Assembly: GCA_001599295.1 (NCBI GenBank)
Contig: BCGN01000004.1
Location: 934,138-998,137, forward strand
Reading direction: 5' to 3'
DNA: 64,000 bases
From: Sporopachydermia quercuum
Lineage: Eukaryota
In this document: positions 1-11,333 of the stretch, in pieces
Position numbering within the stretch: the stretch's first letter is position 1
Layout of the letters: every line of letters begins with the position of its first letter
The notes under the pieces: model-generated
The model's database searches: none
Seen by the model: the letters and a program-made list of their open reading frames with translations, nothing else
What the model was told of the DNA's origin: nothing
Translations under genes and position numbers: made by a program

Positions 1-587
1 CCACTTCTCAAACGGATTTATCACTGGGATTTACATCAGAAGCATCCGAAGGTACGGATAAGGAATCCTCAACTGTTTCACCACCGTTACCTCCTCCAGT
101 ACCTGCATTTAACATATCTGAACCAATTATTGAAGTTGAAGAAGATACCGCAGATAAAAATAGACCTGATTATAAAAACCTACCACCGGTGACAGATCCT
201 ATATCATTCTTACCATCATCACCAGAACGAATAATAGAATTGGGTACATTATTAAGACTGCGAAAAAGGTATAATCAATGGAGAAGATTTTATTCTGTTT
301 TAACTAACAAACGACTACTATTCTACAAAGCTAATAAAGATGAAGGGTCTGAAACAGCAGCTAATCAACTGCTTGATCCTAACCCAATCAAATCAATTGT
401 TATTTCCGATATGTTAGACGCTGTGGAACTAGACCCTATATCAAGACACGAAGTATATTGCTTCTTATTAGTAACTAGGGAACGACAAATCAGATTTTGC
501 TGTCAATCAGAAGATGAACTAATAAAATGGTTGGCCAGTATTAAAGGAGCTATATTATCATATAAAAAGGAAAACAAAATTCAATGA
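1..587 (+). CDS. PH-domain protein, OPY1-like; 3' part only (5' end outside window)
   Basis: The frame is open from base 3 to TGA at 585-587. It ends in a PH domain (G-L-RLRKRYNQWRRFYSVL...CFLLVTRERQIRFCCQSEDELIKWLASIK). Confidence 0.7.
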   Translation, partial: TSQTDLSLGFTSEASEGTDKESSTVSPPLPPPVPAFNISEPIIEVEEDTADKNRPDYKNLPPVTDPISFLPSSPERIIELGTLLRLRKRYNQWRRFYSVLTNKRLLFYKANKDEGSETAANQLLDPNPIKSIVISDMLDAVELDPISRHEVYCFLLVTRERQIRFCCQSEDELIKWLASIKGAILSYKKENKIQ

Positions 588-703
588 TTGGGGAAAACAG
601 TACGANAAACATCATATTGAACTCGTTTTGAATGTTTTTAGTTTAGCATGAAAAATAATATACAAAAATGTTATAGCATTCAGTTCATATATAGCTTAAT
701 GAT

Positions 704-2140
704 CTATTTGTGACGCTTTTTATAAGTACCTCTTTTCTTGGTTAGAGGAGCGTTATTCATAACTGGTGGGGCCGGAAGTATACCGACATAATCATTTTCA
801 AATACAGGAACCAATCCACTTAGTTTACCTAAATCAGATATTGATTCTCTAGTCTCAATCAATAGCCCAAGTAAACGTTCTGCTTTATAATACAGTCTGA
901 ATTCATCTTCTGATGGTACACGAGCTTTCAAAGCATCTTGTTCTATTGAACGAGCCCTTCTCAATTCATCAAGATGTAACAGAGTGTCAGATAAGAGCAC
1001 TTGAATTGCTTTCACTCCTTTCTCTGCTGCAATCAATTCGTCATCTTCAATAAATGAAGCAGATGTCCATTCCAATAAGTCATTGAAATCAACGGATTCA
1101 TGGTGTTCACTCTCTCTTTCAGCTTCATCGGTTTCTTGGTCTGCCAATTGCCCATATTTATTATCATCGGTTGAAGAGTTTCCCTCAGAAACAGTGGTTG
1201 ACTGAGAAGTAACATTTGCTGAAGTAACGCTAGTGATGCTATTTGCTGTTGATTCTCCTGAACGATACCCATCAAGCAATGTGTTGTTATTTGTAGTTTG
1301 TAGTAACTCAACTACCTCAGTTACATTGATGACAGCTCTTTCACTGTCAATGCGTGGAGCAAATGATCCATATGGTGAAAATGGTAACCATTTACCACAA
1401 GGGAGAGTTGCCCAGTTTGGATGAAAGAACTTATCCAAAATTCTATCCAATGGAGGTGCTTTTGAAACGAAAGGAACTCCTGCTTCTAAATGACCAAGTT
1501 TATATTCTGTGTTAATTGGTATAGAATCATGAGTGTGTAGTGTTGGTATAACTGACACTTTTGCAAAATGTGGTTTTTCCTCTTCTGGTCTTATATCTAA
1601 AGAAGAGCGACCAGTCAATGATGAAAATAATGGACCTGCTTGCGAATGAACAACCCATGCTTCTGCATTACCTGTGGTAAAATCTATTGATATTTTATTA
1701 TAATCTTCTGATAACTCATCTTCAAATATACTAGGATGTAGGTGATTTGATATATTATCTAATGAGATTTCACTTTCTTCGGTTGTTAACTTATTTGCTA
1801 AATATCGATGTGATTCTCTCAATATTAACTCCGTCATCGTTTTATAGTACTCTGATGTGAAAAGATATTGTGATGATCCTATTGCATTCATCATTATTAT
1901 AAAAGCACAAGCCAATCTTAAATCATGATATAATTGATATGTTGATTTATAATAATTCTGTGAGTATCTTGTTAAGATAGTTGTAGTCTCTGGGTTACTT
2001 CCAGCATATGATAAAAGCTTCAATGAAATATCACGAGGATTCTTTTCAATTAGATCACTAGGAATCTCACATGATACGATCAACTTTTCTGGATCATAAA
2101 GAACCATTATAGGAATTATTTCTTCCAGTAGTTGTTCCAT
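704..2140 (-). CDS. RSC58: RSC chromatin-remodelling complex subunit Rsc58-like
   Basis: 478-aa ORF with YQLYHDLRLAC, GPLFSSL and FFHPNWATLP..KWL..YGSFAP.ID motifs recalled from Rsc58. Confidence 0.75.
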   Translation of the reverse strand: MEQLLEEIIPIMVLYDPEKLIVSCEIPSDLIEKNPRDISLKLLSYAGSNPETTTILTRYSQNYYKSTYQLYHDLRLACAFIIMMNAIGSSQYLFTSEYYKTMTELILRESHRYLANKLTTEESEISLDNISNHLHPSIFEDELSEDYNKISIDFTTGNAEAWVVHSQAGPLFSSLTGRSSLDIRPEEEKPHFAKVSVIPTLHTHDSIPINTEYKLGHLEAGVPFVSKAPPLDRILDKFFHPNWATLPCGKWLPFSPYGSFAPRIDSERAVINVTEVVELLQTTNNNTLLDGYRSGESTANSITSVTSANVTSQSTTVSEGNSSTDDNKYGQLADQETDEAERESEHHESVDFNDLLEWTSASFIEDDELIAAEKGVKAIQVLLSDTLLHLDELRRARSIEQDALKARVPSEDEFRLYYKAERLLGLLIETRESISDLGKLSGLVPVFENDYVGILPAPPVMNNAPLTKKRGTYKKRHK

Positions 2141-3014
2141 TATACATAAGTCTTTTTTACTATTCCTCTAGCTGGGATATGATGTGTATGTAGCCTGTTG
2201 TATTTGTTCTAGTCTTACAGTCAACTTCTGATAGTATCAAACTTTCCTTTTAAAAATTTCTCAATGTCTATTAGTTGAACTCCTATCAACGTAACCCTCC
2301 ATAAATAACGCGTTTAATTATTGTACATCAACAATGAGAGTGAAAACAGGCCATGAAATAATCCAATATTCCTTTTCAATTATTTACAATCCACCACTAA
2401 TTCATATAGTGACTTCTAAAGAAGATTATAAAGTTTTTATATAAAACAAAAACAGCAAACAACTGGAACTACAAATTCCAGTTCTTCTTCATTTATTACG
2501 CTCACCATATGTTCTTGCAACACCAATACCCATATACAGCACTTGTTATGCCTACAAGTATCATTCATCACAAACAAACTTGTGTTGTTAGTTTGGTTGA
2601 AACAATAATTGAAAGAATGTGTCCATAACAGTGTCCGGTATATAGTAAGATTTTCAGACTGAGTTTTACGCGTTAAATTAATAGATATACATTAATGATT
2701 AGATAATCATTAAATTCTTGCTTGATTATATGATTACATAATATATTATAGCTATCAAGCCATTTCTGTGAAATGTGTGGGATTAATATATCTACTGTAC
2801 TCACAACCATACGCTGCTTTTTTATACACCAGTTAAATATACATAACATCTTGTATTGAATTGATATATACAACGAGTAATGCTTACAGTAACCGCTTGC
2901 TACACAAAAATGTATAACTATGCAATAAGAATAACTCGTTCATGGTAATTAAGTTCGTACTATCATTGCGTTCATTTTAGTATGCTTTCAACTAGATATT
3001 TTACACATAATCAG

Positions 3015-6000
3015 CTAATTCATGTTAACCCATGCTGAACCGGATTTCTGTTGAATCAATTGAATAGCCGGTAAATCCCAACCAGGCCTACCTGATCCAA
3101 GACCTAGTGCTGCACCTCCAAACCTAGGAACAACCCAAACTCTCCTTTTAAGAGTCTTATCATTTGATGATGTAACCATTGGTAAAACTTCAGGTCCATA
3201 AGGTGGACCTAAAGGTTTCGAAAATGTCAATAATGGTGTCGATCTTCCCACATTCGTTAATTGTGCTGCAGTTACATTAGTCAATGGTTTAATACGAATA
3301 CGTGATCGAGAACCATGACTTGTATTACCCGGTGTTGATAATGATTGATACACCAAATAATCGGGAGGAAGAGAACCGTAAGAGTTACTAACCAATATAG
3401 AACTTGAATGAATATACACGAAATCAGATTCATCATTATTGTTACCATCAAATTCGATTTGAGAGTTTTGTTCCCATTTTGCTAATCTAGAAGGAAACAG
3501 TGTAACATAAGGAATTCTACTAGCAACTTTATTCTTTGCTTGACTCTTAGTAACTTCTGTTGAAATCAAGTCAGCTCTCATTGCAATTTGATCAATAAAT
3601 CCTGCAGTAATCATTTGCTTGAGAGCTTTGATTTGAACCTTTGAAGGAGGACCCAACTGTGGAACTAATGACTGTTTAGATTTCAGTGCTGCTGCTACCG
3701 AATCTTTGTCCATAATACTACTAACCAAGTATGAAATTTGAGATCTCAATTGGTTGATTTCTGACATTTGTTTTGCTCTAAGGAAATTCTTTTTAATGAA
3801 GAGTTGTTTCTTTTCATCTGACTTCTCATAATCATAAGCACATATGCAGCATAGTAGTTTCAATGTATCTGAATACTTGTCCAACTTTGCAAACCTTGCT
3901 TGTGCTTTTCTATACTGTGATCTCAACTGCTTAAGTTGTTCTTTATTAACAATATCATCTTCTAAGATCCGTTTATCCTCGCTATCGTCAGAGTTTTCGT
4001 TATCATCTTTCAACTGATCTACTCCTATATCATGTTCTGTTAAATATGGCTCTCCAACAGATAAACCAGAAACAATAGCAATAATATAGCCCAAACATTC
4101 ATATTGATTACCAATAACTAACATTCTAGCAAATCTAGGTGCTATTGGGAAATAGCTCATTGTTCTACCTAATTCTGTTATACTTGCTTCATTTTTGGAA
4201 CCCGAATGTTCTAAAGCACCAAGATATTGTAATAGCTTTTCAGCCCTCTTAATCCTATGGTAACCAGGACTAGTTATAAATGGGAAATTAATAACGTTAT
4301 CAATTCCCATACTCTTCATTAATAGTACAACACTTTCAACGGGCATTCGCAATATTTCCGGTTCACTCCATTCGGGGAAATCTGCATCGTAAATAGCACT
4401 TGAATATAATCTATAACAATGACCGGGTCCTGTTCTACCAGCTCTACCACTTCTTTGCATTGCACTAGCTTTTGAAATCCATGATACATCAAATGACTGA
4501 ACTCCTGTTTCTTCATTATATTTCCTTTCCTTAGCTCTACCGCAATCCACAACATATCTTACTCCAGGTATTGTAAGTGAAGTTTCTGCAATATTAGTTG
4601 CAACTATACATAGCCTTGAACCTGGCGGAGGATTTTGGAAAATCTTCAGTTGCTCTTTAGTTGGTAATAGCGAATATAAAGGTAAAACATATAGAGGATC
4701 TTCTGCCGTTTGATCTTCTTCTAATGTTTCTTCAAATCCTTCTTCCTCGTCATCATCATAATCATCATAATCATCATTTTGATCGCTATTCTTAAGACTA
4801 TCATCTAGATCTTCCTCAATAAACTTGTTTCCTTTGTCTGATTCTTGTAGCTTTTCAACACCTAAATCAATCTCTTCGACTTCTGTTACAGCACTACGAG
4901 CTGATGATCGTACTTCTACCACTATCTCATTATCATACGAACCGTTTTCCCTACTTCCTCTGGGGAAAGGGAATCTTTTTCTTAGTCTTTTAACCATTTC
5001 TCGGATTTCACCTTGACCAGTTAAAAAGAGTAATATACTACCTTTAGGTAAACGGGAGTGAATTTTACAGGTTTTGTTGAATGCTTCACCGATAAAATTG
5101 TAAGGTGTTCTCTTGTTGAAATGAATTGCAACAGGATATTGACGAGCAGATACTGAAACAACTGGTGGCTTCTCGTAGGGAAACAGCTTTTCGTTATTGG
5201 TAAATTCACTTGTTCTTAGTGTTGCCGACATAATAATCAATTTTAACGGTTTGATAGAACTACCTTGTTCCTGACTCATTTCTCGTCTTAATTTCAACAC
5301 TCTGCTTAAAACACCAATGAGAATATCAGTATTAACACCTCTTTCATGAGCCTCGTCAATTACAATGGCCGAGTACTTAGTTAAGAGTAAGTCAGTCATA
5401 ACTTCTCTTAATAATACGCCGTCAGTCATAAATTTCAATGCAGTATTTGAATCAACAGTAACGTCAAATCTTACTTGATGTCCAACTTTCTTACCGTGAA
5501 TTGAACCTAATTCTGTTGCTACACGTTCAGCCATACTGATAGCAGCAACTCTTCTTGGTTGAGTTACACCAATCATGCCAGGTGTTTCTTCACTCTCTTT
5601 TGAACCAAAACCTGCTTCATATAAAAACTGTGGTACCTGGGTAGTTTTACCTGAACCTGTTTCACCACATACAATTATGCAATCATGATGATATACTGCT
5701 TCCATAATTCTTGATTCTTCTGCAGTAACAGGTAATTTTAGTCTAACGTCTTGAATCTTTCTAGATCTCTCAACATTGATAAAAAAGGTCTTCCTGTCGA
5801 GATCCTCATTCACAGGTATGAAATTTTCTTCATCTTCAGGTTTCATAAGATCGTCTTCATGAATAGTTGGAATATGACCAGCATTGGGATACAAAGTAGG
5901 CAAAACTTCAGTGGCAACGAATTTTGCCGTATTATTTGATGTTAGAGAATCCAGTTGATTTTGGGCCCATTCCTTGAAGTTTTCTGCTTTGGATGATAGT

Positions 6001-7268
6001 TTCTTCTTTAAACTCACCTCTTCTTCTTCGCTTTGCATTTCACTATCAATCTCTGAATCCTCCTCCTCCTCATCACCATATTCTTCTTTTTCGTCGCCAT
6101 CAGATGAGTGTAAATTAGATTGAATGTTCTTATCTTCATCACTGAATCCATTCCACTCATCATCATCATTTTCTTCTTCATCATCATAATTGATTTTACT
6201 GTTGCTGCTTTCATTTCCGCTTTGATCACTGTCATACATATTTTCATTTCTATTCTCATTGTCATCTTCATCAGTACTTATTAAATCATCATCTTCTAAC
6301 AACTTACTTTTCCTAACCTTCTCTCGTTCCAGCCTTTCTCTCCAGTTGTATTTGGCCTTTTTAGTTCTGGTTACTTTCTTGATGTTCTGGAAGCCAAAAG
6401 ACATATTACCACCTTGGGGTCTGAAATCGATGAATGTTGATTTCGGAGGAAGATCATCTGTTTCATGATCATCTGCCAAGTCATCATTCTTAGCAATACC
6501 ACTATTACTATCACTATCATCGCTGTTATCAAAATCGTTGTAATAGTTTTGTTGATTTTCATCTTTTGAACTCTTACCCAATGACTTACCTATTAAACTA
6601 TCCGAAGCCTCATGTTTATTGCCATTTATACCATTCACAGGGTTATTATCATTAGCATTGTCTTCATCTTGATCATCATCATTGAAAGCCACGCTCCAAT
6701 CTTTCACTTCCCGTTTTTCATATAAAATTTCTTTCGTTTCTTCGTTTCCTAATCCTTTCCTTTCTAATTCTAATGCTTCTATCAACTTCTGTCGCTTTGT
6801 TTCCCTACCCGACCCTAATGTCTTGGTACTCCTTAATAGCGAAGTATCAATCGTATGAAATGTCTTTGATAGCTTTTCCAATAGAACTTTCTTTTCTTCT
6901 TTTCGCATTTGCCTGTCGATATACTTTTCTAGCCTTTTTCTCTTATTTCTATCAGCTTTTGACTCGACCTCATTCTCTTTGAATATAGCATCGTGTAATC
7001 GCTTCTTTCTTTCTTGTCTCTCTTCCTCCGTCATTGGGACAAGCAATTCAGAATTCGAGTCTTTTATTTCGCTATAATCCTCTAAACACGCTTCTTTATT
7101 ATTCCCATTTATAGTGTCAAAACTATCATCACCATTTTCATTATCATGAGGATCATTTTCATCGTTTGATCTATGAAATTGTCTTTGCCTAGCCCGTTTT
7201 AATGCTTGCTGTTTAGCAAGCATTCCTGAACGAGCTTTCTCGTTGAATCTCTTCCTATATTTACCCAT
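3015..7268 (-). CDS. DHR1: DEAH-box RNA helicase Dhr1/Ecm16 (SSU processome)
   Basis: 1417 aa. N-terminus MGKYRKRFNEKARSG; helicase motifs GETGSGKTTQ, DEAHER, SAT, TNIAETSLTIPG, QRSGRAGR. Confidence 0.95.
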   Translation of the reverse strand: MGKYRKRFNEKARSGMLAKQQALKRARQRQFHRSNDENDPHDNENGDDSFDTINGNNKEACLEDYSEIKDSNSELLVPMTEEERQERKKRLHDAIFKENEVESKADRNKRKRLEKYIDRQMRKEEKKVLLEKLSKTFHTIDTSLLRSTKTLGSGRETKRQKLIEALELERKGLGNEETKEILYEKREVKDWSVAFNDDDQDEDNANDNNPVNGINGNKHEASDSLIGKSLGKSSKDENQQNYYNDFDNSDDSDSNSGIAKNDDLADDHETDDLPPKSTFIDFRPQGGNMSFGFQNIKKVTRTKKAKYNWRERLEREKVRKSKLLEDDDLISTDEDDNENRNENMYDSDQSGNESSNSKINYDDEEENDDDEWNGFSDEDKNIQSNLHSSDGDEKEEYGDEEEEDSEIDSEMQSEEEEVSLKKKLSSKAENFKEWAQNQLDSLTSNNTAKFVATEVLPTLYPNAGHIPTIHEDDLMKPEDEENFIPVNEDLDRKTFFINVERSRKIQDVRLKLPVTAEESRIMEAVYHHDCIIVCGETGSGKTTQVPQFLYEAGFGSKESEETPGMIGVTQPRRVAAISMAERVATELGSIHGKKVGHQVRFDVTVDSNTALKFMTDGVLLREVMTDLLLTKYSAIVIDEAHERGVNTDILIGVLSRVLKLRREMSQEQGSSIKPLKLIIMSATLRTSEFTNNEKLFPYEKPPVVSVSARQYPVAIHFNKRTPYNFIGEAFNKTCKIHSRLPKGSILLFLTGQGEIREMVKRLRKRFPFPRGSRENGSYDNEIVVEVRSSARSAVTEVEEIDLGVEKLQESDKGNKFIEEDLDDSLKNSDQNDDYDDYDDDEEEGFEETLEEDQTAEDPLYVLPLYSLLPTKEQLKIFQNPPPGSRLCIVATNIAETSLTIPGVRYVVDCGRAKERKYNEETGVQSFDVSWISKASAMQRSGRAGRTGPGHCYRLYSSAIYDADFPEWSEPEILRMPVESVVLLMKSMGIDNVINFPFITSPGYHRIKRAEKLLQYLGALEHSGSKNEASITELGRTMSYFPIAPRFARMLVIGNQYECLGYIIAIVSGLSVGEPYLTEHDIGVDQLKDDNENSDDSEDKRILEDDIVNKEQLKQLRSQYRKAQARFAKLDKYSDTLKLLCCICAYDYEKSDEKKQLFIKKNFLRAKQMSEINQLRSQISYLVSSIMDKDSVAAALKSKQSLVPQLGPPSKVQIKALKQMITAGFIDQIAMRADLISTEVTKSQAKNKVASRIPYVTLFPSRLAKWEQNSQIEFDGNNNDESDFVYIHSSSILVSNSYGSLPPDYLVYQSLSTPGNTSHGSRSRIRIKPLTNVTAAQLTNVGRSTPLLTFSKPLGPPYGPEVLPMVTSSNDKTLKRRVWVVPRFGGAALGLGSGRPGWDLPAIQLIQQKSGSAWVNMN

Positions 7269-7436
7269 CTTCCTTTGAACTTCGTTGTCAATCGAAGCCC
7301 TATATTAATCAGTATATGTCTAGATCGAAATGAAGCTTCACCATATAATTATGGAAACAAACTGATATACTTGGGTTGAGTTGAAGGTAAGAATGACTTA
7401 GTCATTCCATAATAATTATATTTTTCCCATAGTAAT

Positions 7437-7447
7437 AAAAATTTTCA
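7437..7447 (-). promoter_or_regulatory. RRPE (rRNA-processing element) upstream of DHR1
   Basis: TGAAAATTTTT on the minus strand, ~170 nt upstream of the ATG of a ribosome-biogenesis gene. Confidence 0.6.
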
Positions 7448-8101
7448 TTGTATCTAATGAACTGTCCGGCACACATACGAAACTTGTCTTATGTGACACA
7501 CTTCTAACATGTCTCGAGACAGGTATATAACCTCCCAAATTTCAACTCAAAAGGGACTCTTTATTCGTCCGGTAGAACAATCTATGAACACATCTATCTT
7601 CATATTCGGACAATCCATCGCTCAACATTAGCCTTTTGAGTAAAGAACAGAGACGGCTGACCCTGATCATAGATACGATTGTTAATGTTTATCATGTTGT
7701 TGACGCGAGTATTTGATTGTCCAACGTTTTATTAGCAGCCTAAGCTTGTAGTCTGGTTTCGTAATACTGGAATATATTATTTGAATATGATGCTCTAACA
7801 GTCACAATTTGGAAGAAGTGTTTACTACTGGCACTGATTTCTACCCTTAGTTACTTAGTACAATCTAATCAATCACTATTCATGTATCTCTGCATAGCAT
7901 AATTTTTTATCTTACAGCATGATATCTGTTTATCAGGTATGAAATTTATATTTTTTGACACATCAAGGAGATATTTAGAGAAGATTAGTACTTTTTGAAT
8001 GAGAATACCAATAATCGTAATGCCAGAAGGTCACAAACGGTTGCACTACACAAACTAAACTACCAAACAAGCTCTGACTCGTTCAATGTCTTGGAAGTCA
8101 T

Positions 8102-9762
8102 TTGCTTCCCTTTTTAGGAGATTTAAAAGATTCTAATAAATCAAATGTTATTATCGAGCAAGAATCAAGTAAGAATAAAAATCACAATAATTCCAATTTC
8201 TTGAGATTCCCAATGAAAATGAAAGAAACTGATAACAATTGCAATTTCGACCCTGGCAGTGTCCTAACTGATGAACCAACTATTCTTAATGGAAACCTTT
8301 CCAGATTAGGCGTCAGAAGAGGGAATAGTGGCCAGTCCAACATACCGCACTCAAACAGCAATCTCAGAACGGCAGAGCCGAAATCTTCTAAAACGGAAAA
8401 TGTAGACGTTCAAGAGAACAGTAAACGCTCATCAAAGACTATCGAGATTATAGGTTCAAATGAAGAATCCTCTAATACTATAAGTACCAATGGAATCAGT
8501 ACAAAGGAAACAGCAATAGTTATTATTGATCATGACAATGAAGAAATCAACTCCAGCTGCCTTATAACTGGTGATGGCAGTTTGATTGGTATCTCTGAAT
8601 CCGTAACTACCGCCACTGAAACAAAAACTGGGATTGGTAACAATAGAAGCAATGTCAAATCATCTGAGTTACGTAATGAGAGGAGGTTGAAAGAAACCGT
8701 CTCGAAGAAAGAAGAAACTGGGAAAACTGAAAAGTTACCGCATTCTAAGAAATCTCATGAGGTGATAGATGTTGAATTGTATGGTCAGAGATCTCGGTTA
8801 TCAATTGAAGCTCTTACTGAAGATAAGGATCACGGCAGTTTTTCGTCGAGGATTATTATTCCAGCAATGGAAAGTCTTTCAGAGATGGAATCTGCTGAAC
8901 CTGATATAGCAGTAATGCATGAAGAAAAAGATAAATCCAAACAGCCGACTGATGAGAAGAAGATTGACCAAAATAGACATGAATTGGAAATGAATAACAA
9001 GAATTCGGGATTATTAGCCGAGCACTTTATAAACCACCTAGATCATAATGAAAGTAATCTGTCAAAGAAAATCGTATCTAAGACTGTTTCACCAAAAGAG
9101 CGACTTAAAAAACGACTTACTGACAATGAAGGACAAAATGTCAATCGATCATCAAATCCAAAAAGCACAGCAATTATAATCCCATCTAATCTTAAACCTA
9201 TCTCCACAGAAATTGTAAACAATAAAAATAAACGGCCTTTATCATCATTTAGCAATGATAGTGATCATTCTATGCTCAACAACAAAAGCATAAAACTTCA
9301 GGCACACGATAACTCTGAAGTATCATCTAGTAATGTTTCAACCAAAACTGAATCAACAACTTTGATGAATCCTAGTAAAGATGTTCAGCCGCAAGAATCA
9401 ACATTAACAAAAATGTCGAAGAGGAGCAACATCGAAGCTGACTTTCCCATATTGGAAACTAAAAGACTGAAACGAAAACCCATTTCTGACATTTCTACTA
9501 CCAAATCATTACTCGCACCCTCAGCTAAAGTTAATCCTATAGGAAGAAGATATTCAACTCGCTCAAGAGTGAACTTAGAATTAGATGAGTCCAAAATTCA
9601 AGGTGATAATGTACCTCAATCACTCAAAATCAATTTGGTTCAATATGGAAATGGTCAAGCGACGAACGACTTGGAAGCAGAATCAACTGAGTGCATTAAC
9701 AGTCCAGCTCAAGCACCAATTCAATCTGTTAGCTCAACTACCGAACAGCATGTTGATAATTC

Positions 9763-9801
<39 letters not shown>

Positions 9802-11104
9802 TAACAACAACAATAATATTAATAAGAACAATATTGATCGACCAATTGATAAAAATTGTTCCACTGTGCAAACCAACGAAAAGAACTCCGAAACTATAGT
9901 TGCTGAACCTCTTGCATCCTCCACACCCAAAAAAGGAACTTCTGCCCAGGCCTGCTCCGACTTGAAAATATTCTCTAGGAATGATTTACCTGAAGATTTA
10001 ATAATACCGGAAGCTCCAGTAGGAACAGAAGAACTACAGCTAAAACTTACTGCTGAAGGTTCAACCTCGAAGATAGAAGATGAAGAATATGGAGTCGCTC
10101 TGAAGAGAAATATCGATAGAGTTGTGTTTGGAAATTACGAATTCGATACTTGGTACGGTTCGCCAGTTTATTTTCTACCTCAATCGAAAACTCTAGGTAT
10201 AAATGGCATTATATTCAATAGTCATAACACTGTAACCGGCTCATCAACTAATAGTAGTCGTATCAACAAAAGTAACAAGAAAATTACTGATTCCAACTTC
10301 ATATTCGAGAAGCTATACGTATGTGATTATTGTTTTCGATATACAGATGATAAGAGTAAAATGAAGGGCCATAGGATATTTTGCTCTAAAAAGAAGAAAC
10401 TGCCGGGAAGAGTTGTTTATAACGGGGATAATATTGATATTAGATTGATATCTGGGATTCAGCAAAGACTTTATTGTCAGAATTTATGTCTATTTGGTAA
10501 GCTGTTTCTTGACAATAAATCAACGTTTTTCAAGACAGAAACATTTGATTTTTTCGTGGCCTATTCGAAAGAACATACCAATGATTATGGCAAACCAATG
10601 GGTTTCTTTTCTAAAGAACATATCTCGTGGGATGAGAATAGTTTAGCAGTAATTACTGTTTTTCCACCATTTCAGGGGAAACATGTTGGTAAATTATTAA
10701 TTGCTTTTTCATATCATCTGTGCATTAGATCAAATACTTTTGGTTCCCCCGAGAAACCTTTATCAGCCTTTGGAATAGCCTCTTTTATTAAGTACTGGAA
10801 ATGGGCAATTGCCAAATATTTATTGAAAGGTGGATTGAAAAGAGGTTATAGAATTTGCATTGAGGACATTTCAATAAAGACAGGAATACATCCTGACGAT
10901 GTGTTATTAGCATTAATTGATTTACAATGTTTGGGACAGAAACCCATTATTGCTTCGAGTTCTAGTGGTCGTGGTAAGAAACATAAAGGATCAATTGGCC
11001 AAGCAACTACTTATGTTATTATAAGGAACGTAGTTGAGACTTGGGTAAAGGAGAATAATGTTGATTTAACTGAATTGATAGATAAAAAGAAAGTCTTATT
11101 ATAA
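8102..11104 (+). CDS. SAS2: MYST-family histone acetyltransferase (Sas2-like) with long low-complexity N-terminus; start uncertain
   Basis: C-terminal MYST domain: FDTWYGSP, C2HC finger CDYC..H...C, QNLCLFGKLFLDNKS, FPPFQGKHVGKLLI, GSPEKPLS. The ORF-track start is TTG; the first in-frame ATG lies further in. Confidence 0.8.
9764..9799 (+). repeat. (AACGAC)6 coding microsatellite giving an Asn-Asp repeat, followed by poly-Asn
   Basis: Read directly from the sequence. Confidence 0.9.
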
Positions 11105-11333
11105 CTAATTCCCTATTACCATTACGTGAGTTACGGTGAGAAATAAACTGTTAAAGTATGAATGCATGAGTCGTTAACTAAAATGTACGTACAAATAATA
11201 TGAAGACTATGAAAAAGGATGATAAATATAATATTTTCATTCTTTACATACAAGACAGTCAGTGAAACGTCGATTGAAAAAATATCAAATAACAGATTAA
11301 ATCAATAGATTATAACTAATTCAAGAACTACAA

